A stretch of DNA of 64,000 nt, taken from NCBI RefSeq assembly GCF_009914755.1, contig NC_060934.1; one strand, given 5' to 3'. Below, piece by piece: positions 52,193 through 64,000 of the stretch. The position numbers and the translations under genes were made by a program. The stretch is from the human T2T-CHM13v2.0 reference genome, Homo sapiens. The notes under the pieces are model-generated. The model searched no databases. It saw nothing but the letters and a program-made list of their open reading frames with translations, and had not been told where the DNA came from. Each line of letters opens with the position of its first letter. Position 1 is the first letter of the stretch.

Positions 52193-54704
52193 TGTACTCA
52201 ACTTCCCATATCAATATTGCCTACTAATTCTGAACTCAGAGGAAGGTATATTAAGTGAACTTCTGGCAGCCCCACAATCCCCAGATGGCTCTACTTGCAG
52301 CACATATTAAGACACACACACATACACTCACCCACAGTCTATTCATAACTAACTAAAAAATGAAACAATTCAAGGAAAACCAAATCAAAGTGTACTTTGT
52401 ATAATATAAGTAAGTGCTACTGTCAAATATGTGTAGCCTGGAGTATCTGAGAAAGAGTGTAGGTTTCCTTTCTGAGCTATGTTTCATAATGTCCTTTCTG
52501 AGCTACATTTCATAGTCATCTAGCAGCCACAATGATATCTTTATGAGAAACACCTAGTGTTTCAGATGAAGCCTAATTCCAAAAAAATCCAATAAATTGC
52601 ATGGCATTTAGTTTGAATTCAAAAAATGAAATTTCTTGAAAGAAGTTTTTGTCATGCTTGGAAGCCCAGTGGGTGATAGAGTCTGATATAAGCAGTTAGG
52701 GTAGCTGGTTATTATGAGGATTTCTGTTCTCAGTTAACTTATTGCCATCATCCGCTTCCTAAACTCATTTGCAGTCACCAGCTGTCAAAGGGAGGTTTTA
52801 CATTTAGCAATAAGAAGCTGCATCTGGACACCAGATTTCTTGTAGTCTTTAGAGACATCTATCATATCCTCTTTAGAAAAGAGAATAATCAGCTCAGTTT
52901 GAGTTGTAAAATTTTTTCAGAATATTTATTATGAATTTATTTTATTTATGTATTTATATGTGTATGTTTGTATATGTCTATATTATGTATTTACACATGC
53001 ATGTGCCTATAATTTTATTTTCAGATAAATCCAGAATTCATAATTTTTTATTATTCCTAGAAAATAGTTATTGAAATTTTTAAAGAGATTGCTATGTATA
53101 AATGGCTATCTAAAATATAGTCTATTCATTGATTATCTTTCATTTCTGAATAATGAGTTAATCAGTAGTGTGAACTTTGTATGTAATTGAAGGTAAAATA
53201 TTTAAAGTCAACTTCTTTAACAATTTTAAGTTACTTTCAATGGAGAACACATTATAGTAGATTCTTGATGCTTTCAGGGAACAGATCTTAATACAATTGT
53301 GATTCTTATTATTCGTCACCACTGTGATAAATGTTAATATATCTAATGTGATAGGCTATAATCTAGATCATTTTTTCCATACATAGTAAATTAAGAGAAA
53401 CAGTGCAGCCCTGAGTTGCAGATGTGAGCTGTGCCTGGATTTTTTCTGTTGCTCTGCCTCTTACTTTACATATTGATCTTTTTTTACATTTTGTGATTCA
53501 GCAAAATGCTAAACAGTTACATAATATTGATCTTCATGCTCACTCTTAATCAATTTCACAAATGTTAATCCTAAAATAATTACTCTGGCAAATTTGAGTT
53601 TCTTTTTAATCATTTCTTATTTTTTATAAGTTTCAGGTTACAAGGACATAACCTCTAAATAAGTAAAATGTTACTGCCCCAAACACATCGATTGAACATT
53701 TTCAAAATGTGGGTCATTTGTGGAAACCCAGGGCTAAAGATTATAGCATTCGAAATACATTCCTAAAGGATACAGCATGCTGAAAAGAAATTCAGTGTAA
53801 GGTGATCTGACAGGCATGTGTATTACTTAAATTATAATTTTCTAAAATCATATCTTTGAGTCTTTCATGGGAGCCAAAAATAAGTTTAAAATGTGCTTGG
53901 TAATGCATCAAGTAACAATTAATAAATATTTATTAAATAGGCTTATCAAAGCTTCATCAAATTGATTAATAGAATGACTTTTAGAGTCAAATGGACATAA
54001 CTTTACATTTTGAATTCAATATTCACTTGCTGTATAACATTGAAAATGCTACATAATTTTTCTGATTCTCAGTTTCCTCATGTAAAAGCAGGAATATAAT
54101 TGTATTTTCAAAATTTGAAAGTCTTTAAAGGGTGCCTGGTGCATTATCAAAACCTTCAACATTCTAAAATCTGTTAACAAAATTGTGTATGTGTACAAAA
54201 TTATGCTAATTTATGAGAAAAATATTTAAAAGTACTAGAAAAGGATTCTAATCTTGAAAATCTTATAGTCTGATGAAGGTAAAATATATGTACAAGATAT
54301 AATTTATCATGTTTAGGAAACATATGGAATGAAATAATTAAAATTTAGCATCTACCTTTCTGCATGACGAGAATGGCCTAATCTTCATCTTTGTTGGTCT
54401 ACTAGTTTGCTATTTGTAATCTGTTAAGAGCTTTTTTTTCCTGAGACCAAAGACATATTAAGAGAGGCTTCAAAAAAATGAAAAAGAGTAGGGGGTATAT
54501 GATTTCCCTACAGTCTTTCCTGTTTATAATGCTTTATCCTAACTCCCTGTGGAAGCTAGTGATGCTAATCAATTTTCAAAGTGAACATTAATGCAAGATA
54601 TCACTATTCCATAAAATTTGAGCGACAATCAACTTTTGATCCATCCTCACTGGCCAACAATTAGAAGTACAACATAAGGATGTGTTTTGAATGATCAAAG
54701 AATA

Positions 54705-55020
54705 GGGGGCTTGGTGGCTCACTTCTGTAATCCTAGTACTTTGGGAGGCCAAAGCAGGTGGACCACTTGTGACCAAGAATTTGAGACCAGCCTGACCAAC
54801 GAGTGAAACCTGTCTCTATTAAAAATAAAAAAATTAACCAGGTGTGGTGGCACACACCTATAATCTCAGCTACTCAGGAGGTTGAGGCAGAAGAAACATG
54901 TGAACCTGGGAGGTGGATGTTGCAGTGTGCCTCCAGCCTGGGTGAAAGAGCAAGACTCTGTCTCAAAAAAATAAATAAATAAAAAATAAAAAATTAAAAT
55001 TAAAAAATTTAAAAAAAAAA
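54705..55020 (+). mobile_element. Old Alu (J/Sz-type) with ~20-bp right-arm deletion
   Basis: Alu dimer; tgcagtgtgcctccagcc lacks the agccgagatcgcgccac segment; A-rich tail. Confidence 0.9.
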
Positions 55021-55792
55021 CAGAGTAAGAGACCAGCTATCATTTTTAGAACTGGCCTTTAATGTGTACAGAATCCATAAAAACTCCATAAAACCTCTCC
55101 TAAATAAACAAGAAAAATCACAATATTGGTTAGGTCAGCCCCTGTTTCCTTTCTTGTTTCACTCTAGAGGCTTCTGCCAAATGATCAATAACCACAGAAT
55201 ACTGAAAGATGGGGATGCTAGATAAAATTTTGACACTATCAAGGCTAATCAAGCTGGTATTAATTCCTATGTGACATGCAAAATGCTACTATTGATATAA
55301 ATTAAAAGTACTTAATCTTTTGTTTAGGCAAAAAGTAAAATTAGGGTTTTGTTTTCATTAAACCCATTAAACAGAAAAAGGCAAATTATGTCATCAGTAA
55401 GGGGTTATGTAAAATATTGAAATCCTCCTTTGATTTAAAAACAAATATCTCAATGAGGTACTGTGCAGTTGGAGCATGGGCATGAGAGTCTTAAAATAAC
55501 ATAAGAATTTAAATTTTATTGAACATATTTGGAATAAATTATGGTGTCCTAGAGGAGACAGTATGTTATTCCACACCCAAAGGCAAAGATATGTGAGGTA
55601 GAGAGAAAGGAGAGTTGTTAACAAAAATGATGAAAATTATGATATTGTAACATTGCATTATTTCAATGAATTTATGCTGTGGACATTGATATCTATTTTC
55701 ATTTGACAAAGGAACTAGGTCTCAGAGAGTTGGGGTTTTGCCAACGTAACTGGCTGCTTCTAAAAACAAATTCAGAATTCTTTAATTCAGAA

Positions 55793-56090
<298 letters not shown>

Positions 56091-56745
56091 AGAATTCTAA
56101 TTAATGTCTACTGTTCCTCTTCATACACAAAATCTAACTTATAGTGCTGGTTGAAAGCAGAGTTTTAGTGTGACTGTGATAGACAAAAAGGGTGAGGAAA
56201 TAAAATAGTAACATATCCATGTCTGTTTATAAATTCTGGATTTAACAATTCATATTTGAAAATAATTGTCTGACTATATCAGAATGTATTTATTTACTGA
56301 CTTACTGTTCACTTTTCTATTTAAATTGTTTACTTCTCATCTCAATTTCCTTCAGCTCAGCTCTGACTCTGGTTGTTTCTTCTCTTCGCCTAGCTTTGGG
56401 GTTGGTTTGCTCTTGTTTCTCTAGTTTCTGTAGCTAGCTGTGATGTTAGGTTGTTAATTTAGATCTTTGTATCTTTTTTATGTGAACATTTAGCACTAAT
56501 AATATCCCTTTTAACAACGCTTTAGCTGTGTCCCAGAGATTCTGGTATGTTGTATTTTTGTTCCCATTAGTTTCAAATAATTTCATGATTTCTGCCATAC
56601 CTGCACTGTTTACTCAAAAGTCATTTGGGAGCAAGTTGTTTAATTGCCATGTAATTGTATGGTTTGGAACAATTTTCTGAGTATTGATTTTTATTTTTAT
56701 TGTACTGTGGTCCAAGAGTGTGTTTGGTATGATTTCAGTTTTTTT

Positions 56746-57398
56746 TTAAAGTTTGCTTAGGATTGTCTGGTGGTCAATTTTGTGTTGGATTTTAGAATAT
56801 GTGCCATGTGCAAATGAAGAGAAAGTATATTCTATTTTGGGGAGGTGGAGAGTTCTGCAGATGTCTGTTAGACCCATTTGGTCAAATGTTGAGTTCATGT
56901 CCTGAATATTTTTATTAGTTTTCTGCCTTTGTCTAATACTGTCAGTGGGGTGTTGGAAGTCTCCCAATATTATTGTCTGTTGTCTGAGTTTATTCATAGA
57001 TCTCTAAGAACTTGCTTTATGAATCTGAGTGCTCCCTGATTGGGTGCATATATATCTAGGATAGTTAGATCTTGCTGAATTGAACCCTTTGCCCTGATGT
57101 AATGCCCTTCTTTGTATTTTTTGACTGCCATTGGTTTAAAGTCTATTTTGCCTGAAATGAGAATAGCAATCCTTGCTTTTTTTTTTTTTTTTTGGTTCCT
57201 ATTTGCCTGGTAGAGTTTTCTCCATTCCTTTACTTTGAGACTATGGGTGCCATTGCTTGTAATATGGATCTCTTGTAGACAGCAAACAGTTGGTGCTTGA
57301 CTCTTTATCCAACTGGACACTCTGTGCCTTTTAATTGGGGCATTTACACCATTTACATTCAAGGTAAATATTGATACATGTAGGTTTGATCCTGTCAT
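56746..57398 (-). pseudogene. L1 ORF2p endonuclease domain remnant
   Basis: ORFs 56994-57398 and 56746-56997 (CCLQE, IYAPN, GDFQHP, YSKI) are split by a frameshift/stop. Confidence 0.9.
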
Positions 57399-58686
57399 TA
57401 AGTTATTAGCTGGTTATTATGCAGACTTGATTGTATGATTGCTTTAAACTGTCAGAGGTTTATGCATTTATGGGTATTTTTGTGGTGGCTGGCAATGGTC
57501 TTTTCTCTCCGTAGTTACATAGTTAGCACTCCCTTAAGGACCTCTTGTAAGGCAGGTCTAGTGGTAATGAATTCCCTTAGCATTTGCTTGTCTAAAAAGG
57601 ATCTTATTTCTTCTTCACTTATGAATCTTAGTTTGGCTGGATATGAAATTCTTTATTGGAATTTCTTATATTTAAGAATGCTAAATATAGGCCTTAATCT
57701 CTTCTGGTTTGTAGGGTTTATGCTGAAAGATCTGCTATTAGCCTGATGGGGGTCCCTTTGTAGGTGGCCTGCCCCATTTTCTCTGGCTGCCTTTAACATT
57801 TTTTCTTGCATTTCCACCTTGGAGAATCTGAAGACTATGTGTCTTGCTCCTATCCAACGTAGTACTGGAAGTCCTAGCCAGAGCAATTAGGCAAGAGAAA
57901 GAAATAAAAGACATCCAAATAGGAACAGAGGAAGTCAAACTATCTCTGTGGGAAGACTATATGATTCTATTTCTAGAAAGACTTACAGTCCCTGCCCAAC
58001 ATCCCTTAGATCTGATAAACAACTTCAGCAAAATTTCAGGATACAAAATCAACGTACAAAAATTAGTAGCATTTCTATACTCCAACACCATTCAAGCTGA
58101 GAGCCAAATTAACATTCACAATAAGCACAAAAAGAAGAAAATACCTAAGAATACGGCTACCCAGAGAGATGAAAGAACTCTACAATGAGAATTACAAAAC
58201 ATTGCTCAAAGAGATGAAAGAACTCTACAAGGAGAATTAGAAAACATTGCTCAAAGAAATCAGAGATGACACAAACAAATGGAAAAATATTCCATGCTCA
58301 TTACTAGGAAGATTCAATATTGTTAAAATGGCCATACTGTCCAAAGCAATTTACAAATTCAATGCTATCCCTATCAAACTACCAAAGACATTGTTCACAA
58401 AAATAGAAAAAACTATTTAAAAATTCATATAGAAACAGAAAAGAACTCCAATAGCCAAGGCATTCCTAAGCAAGAATAACAAAGTTTGACATATGGTATT
58501 ACACACCTTCAAACTATACTGCCAGGCTACAGTAACCAAAATAGCATTGTACTGTTTGGTTCAACCAATAGAACAGATATTGACCAATAGAACAGAATAG
58601 AGAATGAAGAAATGAAGATACAGACCTACAACTATCTGATCTTTAACAAGTTTGACAAAAACTAACAATCAAGAATGGACTCACTT

Positions 58687-58828
58687 TGTTGTTGTTGTTA
58701 TTTGTTTGTTTTTTGTTTTTCTTTTAACTTTTATTTTAAGTTATGGGGTACATGTGCAGATGTGCAGGCTTGTTATGTAGGTAAACATGTGCCTCGGTGA
58801 TTTGCTGCATGGATCAACCCATCACTCT
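58687..58828 (-). mobile_element. Very short L1PA 3' fragment nested in L1
   Basis: A T-rich tail followed by ttttaagttatggggtacatgtgcag...atcaacccatcac, interrupting the host ORF2. Confidence 0.85.
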
Positions 58829-61800
58829 AACTTTTTAATAAATGATGCTGGAATAACTAGCTAGCCATATGCTGAAGACTGAAGCTGGACTTCTTCATAT
58901 CATATACAAAAATCAACACAAGATGAACTAAGGATTTAAATACAATATATATAATTATAAAAGCCCTTGAAGATAACCTAGTAAATATCATTCTGGATAT
59001 AGACCCTGGCAAAAATTTCATGATGAAGATACCAAAAGCAATTGCAACAAAAACAAAAAATGACAAGTGGGATCTAACTAAACTAAAGATCTTCTTCACA
59101 GCCAAACAGACCAAATCCAGAGTAAACAGACAACCTATAGAATGGGAGAAAATATTTGCAAAGTATGTATTTAACAAAGATCTAATATCCAGAATCTATA
59201 AGGAACTTAAATGAATTAAGAAGCAAAAAACAACCCCATTAAAAAGTGGACACAGGAAATGAATGGCCACTTTTGAAAAGAAGACATACATGTGGCCAAC
59301 AAGCATATGAAAAAATGCTCAACATCACTAATCATTAGAGAAATGCACATCAAAACCAAAATGAGATACTGTCTCACACCAGTCAGAATGGCTACAATTA
59401 AAAAGTCAAAAAATAACATGCTGGCAAGGTTGCAGAGAAAAGGGAATGGTTATACTCTGCTGGTTTAAATGTAAATTAGTTCAGCCATTGTGGAAAGTAG
59501 TGTGGCAATTGATCAAAGAAATTAAAACAAGAGTACAATTTGACCCAGCAACCTTATTATTTGGTATATAAGCAAAGGAATATAAATCATTCTACCACAA
59601 AGACGCATGCATGCATATCTTCAGTGCCACCCTATTCACAATAGAAAAGTCATGGAAGCAAACTAAATGCCTATCAATGGTAGACTGGATAAAGTAAATG
59701 TGGCACATATACACCATGGAATATTATGCAGCCATAAAAAGAATGAGATCATGTCCTTTGCAGCAACATGGATAGAAGTGGAGGTCATACTCCTAAGCAA
59801 ACTAATGCAGGAGCAGAAAACTAAATATCCTATGTTCTTACTTATAAGTGGGGGCAAATCATTGAGTACACATAGACACAAAGAAGGGAACAACAGACAC
59901 CAGGACCTACTTGAAGTTAGGAGGAGGTAGGGGATTGAAAAACTACCTATCGGATACTATGCTTATTATCTGGGTGACAAAATAATCTGTACAGCAAAAC
60001 CCTGTGACGCACAATTTACTTGTATCTGACACATAACCCTGAATCTAAAATAAAAGTTAGAAGATAAAAAATTAAAAAATAAATAAATAATTCAAAATTT
60101 AAAATTAAAATAATTAAAAATAAAAGTTTACTTCTCAAAAGAATAGAAGCATTTTCCCTCACCTTTTGAAGTGTAGAATACTCCTTATATTCCATAAAGT
60201 AATCACATTGCCAGTTGAAGTCACTCATGCCATTCCTTTCAACCAACCTCAACCTTTAGGGACCATGAGTGGCCTTATACCTCACTGTTAGAAGTAAATA
60301 AATAAAATATAATGGAAATCAAATAGTCTTTGAAAGCAGGTAAACTTGGGTCTGTATCCCAGTTGAGACAGTCACTGTGTGTGTAACTTAGAAAAGTAAT
60401 TTGCTAAGTGTATACAAGCATGAATGCAAATTGTGTAGCATAGTTCTGCTTATATAGTAATTCATAAAATGTAACTGGCATTATTATTTTTAACTACTAA
60501 ATGACCCCTGTTTTTGTGTCTAACACTCTAACTCGGTATTAGGACAGAATTCATGCTTATAGCTTCAATATAATTAGTGGAAATCCTCATCTTCTTCCTA
60601 TTTCTTTTCAGGTTAATTCTGTGGGTTGCTGGATTCTGGCTCCCTTATGCCCTGCAACCTTATGGCTTCATGCTATATATGAACTTCTTACTAGGAATAA
60701 TGGATGACTTGACTGTTCTCTGCTTCCTGAACAACTTCTACCATCATGTTAAATTGAAGCTTCTCAGTTATGCCAAGTTATTCAATATATGATGTCCTAT
60801 GTTCCTCATCTTTGCACTGGAAATAATGCTGTCAACTCAGTAAGTTGTTTTAAGTTAAAGATCTATCCACCAAATATTTCTCACAGTGTCTGACACATAC
60901 TGAGTATTCAAAATATGGTAGTTATAATTACTTTATTCTTATACATAAATAAATATTGTAATATTTCTAAATCAATTTCATACCCCATACATCCATTTTT
61001 TCCTTGAACTTTAGATGTTGTAGCTACCGTCATAAAAGTTAACCCCACATTTCCATAAGTTTCCTTAGGCCCTTATTCCACTTGGTTTACTTCTTTCTCC
61101 TACTTATTCCTACATATTTGCAGAACTTACAGAATATCTTATACTCTAATTTATCTTAGTAAAGCAATGTGCTTTGCATATTTGAGATTGCTGTATAATT
61201 TTGATGATACAATAGAGATGCCCCAGCTCAGTGAGATTTTGTCCCACCCTAGAAGAATCTGAATGTATTAAAAATAATTTAACCGTAAATGATACCTTAG
61301 AGTCTAACTTGCAAATCAATTTTCTCTTAAGTTTAAATTATATGAAAGACTTGGAATATTCCACCCACAACTTCTAATATATTCATCTCCATGTATTCTT
61401 TTCTACTCTTTTTTAGCTGACTGAATTCAATCCCTGGAGTTCTAAGAGAAATCTCACTCCAAGAAAATGTAGAGAAGTAATACCCTAAATATCTGTAGTT
61501 CACTGATTCAGTTTATCATAAAGTATCTGAAATATTTTAGCATTTGTCCTACAAAGGCCCAGATTTTGAGGTAACAAAGTACTTTCATTAATCCTTTTAA
61601 TATTTCTCTTTGCCAGAATGCTTGATCAAAAGTATTGATTATCTGGTGTCAGCTGTTTTCCTGAATTCATGCAGTACTGACAAAGAAGAATTTGGAATTA
61701 AATACCAGAGAAGAGTTCTATTCCACCTAGAGGGTACAGTTTTGTGACAATATTTTTGACATTCTAATTAGGTTATCAGCCTATGATTGCAAATAAAAAA

Positions 61801-62443
61801 TGAAACAATAATAATATTTAAATACAAAGGTATTTAAAGTAATGAAAGCAAAAGTCTAATGTACATCTTTAGTTCTTTTTTCATAGCTGAGTTAATAAAT
61901 ACTTTTTGTATCAAGTTAATTTGATATAAAAAGTAATTCTTATATATTACTAATCAAGATAATATGAATTACAACAAAGCATTACTTAGAAATATAATAT
62001 TAAAATGCAACAGCTTTAAATCCTATTGACCCAATGGATATTACCTACAAGTCAGGCTCTGTACAAACCCATTCAGAATGCTCCAGCTGACAGTGCAGTA
62101 TTTTATGCCAATCAAATTATGTTATTGTGATAGAACATGATATGGATTTTTAAGAAAAAAATGATCCAATACAAAACTGTTATATACTTGGCCCTCATCC
62201 CCATGATCACAAATCCCAGAATTTCAAGAAAATTTGGCCAACTGAAGTAAATTGTAAATTGTGTTTACACTGTCACATAGGTGGCATCACTATAGCTAAG
62301 ACACAAAGTATTCTCTGTGTATTGTCAAGATTATCCTGAAATACCATAATTTTTAAAAGTTTTCAGGACATATCTATTTATCTAATGTTATATATATTTA
62401 AATAAAATATCTATACTATTTTAATATATACCTTAATTTTCTC

Positions 62444-62911
62444 TGCTATGTGTTTAATTCTGTCACGTAAAAAAGAGACACGAAAATTGTAACCCCCAGC
62501 ACCTTAGAATGTGAACTTATTTGAAAATGGAATCATCACAGAGGTAATCTGGTTGAAATGAGCTCATTAGGATAGACGGTAATCCAATATGACTGGGCTA
62601 CTTATAGAAAAGAGAAAATTTGGACACAGATAGACACATAGAGGGAAGATGATGAAGATACACAGAGAGAATGCCACTGAAGATGGAGGTAGAGATTGCA
62701 ATTATGTTGCCACAAACCAAGGAACATCTGGGATTGCCAGAAGCAGGAAGAGGCAAAGAAGTAACCTTCTCTACAGGTGTTAGAGGGAGCATGGCCCATC
62801 AATCCCTTGATTTCACACTTCTAGCCTTTAGAACTATGAAACAAAACTTTTCCCTTGTTCTAAGACATCTAATGTATAATACTTTGCTATTGCAGCCATA
62901 GGAAGCTATAC
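62444..62911 (+). mobile_element. MLT1C-like MaLR solo LTR
   Basis: tgctatg...aacccccagcaccttagaatgtgaacttatttgaaaat...aatccaatatgactgg...gcagccataggaagctatac. Confidence 0.87.
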
Positions 62912-63047
62912 CTTCTTTCCTTCACTATTAAAAATTTTATTGTTCTCTTTCAACTCCTTTGACATCATGTCTATTCCTTTATAACTAAAGTCAATGATTA
63001 ATTAAAGAATAATATCTCTTTCTAAGTGTAAGGTTGTGTTCCAACTG

Positions 63048-63172
63048 TCTTACATACATTAATTCATTTAATTCTTACAACAACCCTGTGAAGTAAATAC
63101 TATTATTTTGCTTTTTACAGATGAGAAAGCAGAATTGCAGGAATGTTAAATCATTTCCTCAAGTAAAAACAC
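63048..63172 (-). mobile_element. MIR fragment
   Basis: tcatttaattcttacaacaaccctgtgaagt...ttttacagatgagaaagc. Confidence 0.8.
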
Positions 63173-63811
63173 AAAATTGTTTTTGGTTAAGCAACTTTCG
63201 TTTGTCTGTCTTTTGTATTTATGCTGATTTTACTTTGCTCAATATGTTAGAAAGCACTCAGGAATAAATGTGATTTACATTGAATCTGGGTTGCTTAATC
63301 AAAGTAGTTACAATTTCTTAGGCATAAATATCTAGATATGGGAAGTTCCACAATCTTATTATAGTTCACATTGTTCTCTTGCTCAAAAAAAAAAAATATT
63401 TTGTGTGAGGACCTACTGAAAAGAATTGAGGAAGAAAATAAACACAATTTTCTATTCAAGAGGCTGTTTCTTTCTGCCCTTCCTATGTTTTGATATGTCC
63501 TGGACAGAATTGTGACGAAAGCAGCAAAAGCTTCCTCAGTGCATGCTTAGTGTATTTCTTTATACATTTATGTTAAATGTACCAATCAATTCAAAATAGA
63601 ATTGATTGGTACCAAAACATTTTATCCATTTCACTTACTCATTTTCAAAAGATGCTAAAATAATATTTTATAGTGAACCAGTGTGGTCAAAAACACTCTT
63701 TTTATATAGCTTTCACACATGAGTAATGATTTTGGACATATCAAAATTCATTTCAATTAATAATTGCATTCCACTTAGGTTTACAAATCATTTACAAAAG
63801 TTTTTCAATAC

Positions 63812-64000
63812 TGTACAGAATCTGAGATTTTGCCCTATGTTCAAACAAGAATTTAATCTGCCACAATATCAAGAATGTTGGCAGAAGACTAAGGCTTCTG
63901 TGTAGAGACAAAGGATTTTATTACTCCCAGAAATAGCAATAGTCAGATTATTAACATTTTCTTGTGCTGGTTCTTTAGGCCCTAATTCCCATAGGGCTAC
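63812..64000 (-). mobile_element. ERVL-type LTR 3' end (MER54/MER74/LTR53-like), runs off window
   Basis: tgagattttgcccta...ggcagaagac...agagacaaaggattttattactc, which includes an antisense AATAAA. Confidence 0.55.

Larger units (their letters stand above)
56340..60125 (+). mobile_element. L1PA-type with 5' inversion (56340-57846 antisense; 57847-60125 sense)
   Basis: An antisense ORF2 EN domain (MTGSNLHVSIFTLNVNG) plus ORF1 C-terminus is joined to sense ORF2 RT ([16 protein letters not shown]), 3'UTR and A-rich tail. TSD GTTTACTTCTCA at 56328-56339 and 60126-60137. Confidence 0.93.

Noticed and set aside
53919-53936. 18-bp palindrome TTAATAAATATTTATTAA
   Set aside because: AT-only and low complexity; expected in this base composition.

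Overview
AT-rich, CpG-poor primate (human or great-ape-like) non-coding DNA, probably intergenic or deep intronic. It is dominated by fossil transposable elements: LINE-1 of several ages, eight Alus, MaLR/ERV solo LTRs (THE1D, MSTB, MSTD, MLT1, MER31/67-like, ERVL-like), DNA-transposon MITEs (MER81, MER20, MER1B, MADE1), MIR/L2 relics and microsatellites. I find no intact protein-coding gene, rRNA, tRNA or CRISPR array. The recognisable ORFs are broken L1 ORF1/ORF2 pieces or Alu/LTR read-throughs. I do not see a convincing previously undescribed biological system. The best second-look items are structural: an unexplained perfect 25-bp direct repeat 1.2 kb apart overlapping a candidate non-coding exon, a 50-bp near-perfect palindrome and other fold-back scars, a TSD-bounded inversion-deletion L1, a duplicated L1 5' YY1 terminus, an AluY with an odd mutation spectrum, a MADE1 (miR-548-type) hairpin and an inverted Alu pair. 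Subfamily names come from my recall of consensus sequences, and the boundaries of old repeats are approximate; both need RepeatMasker/Dfam confirmation.
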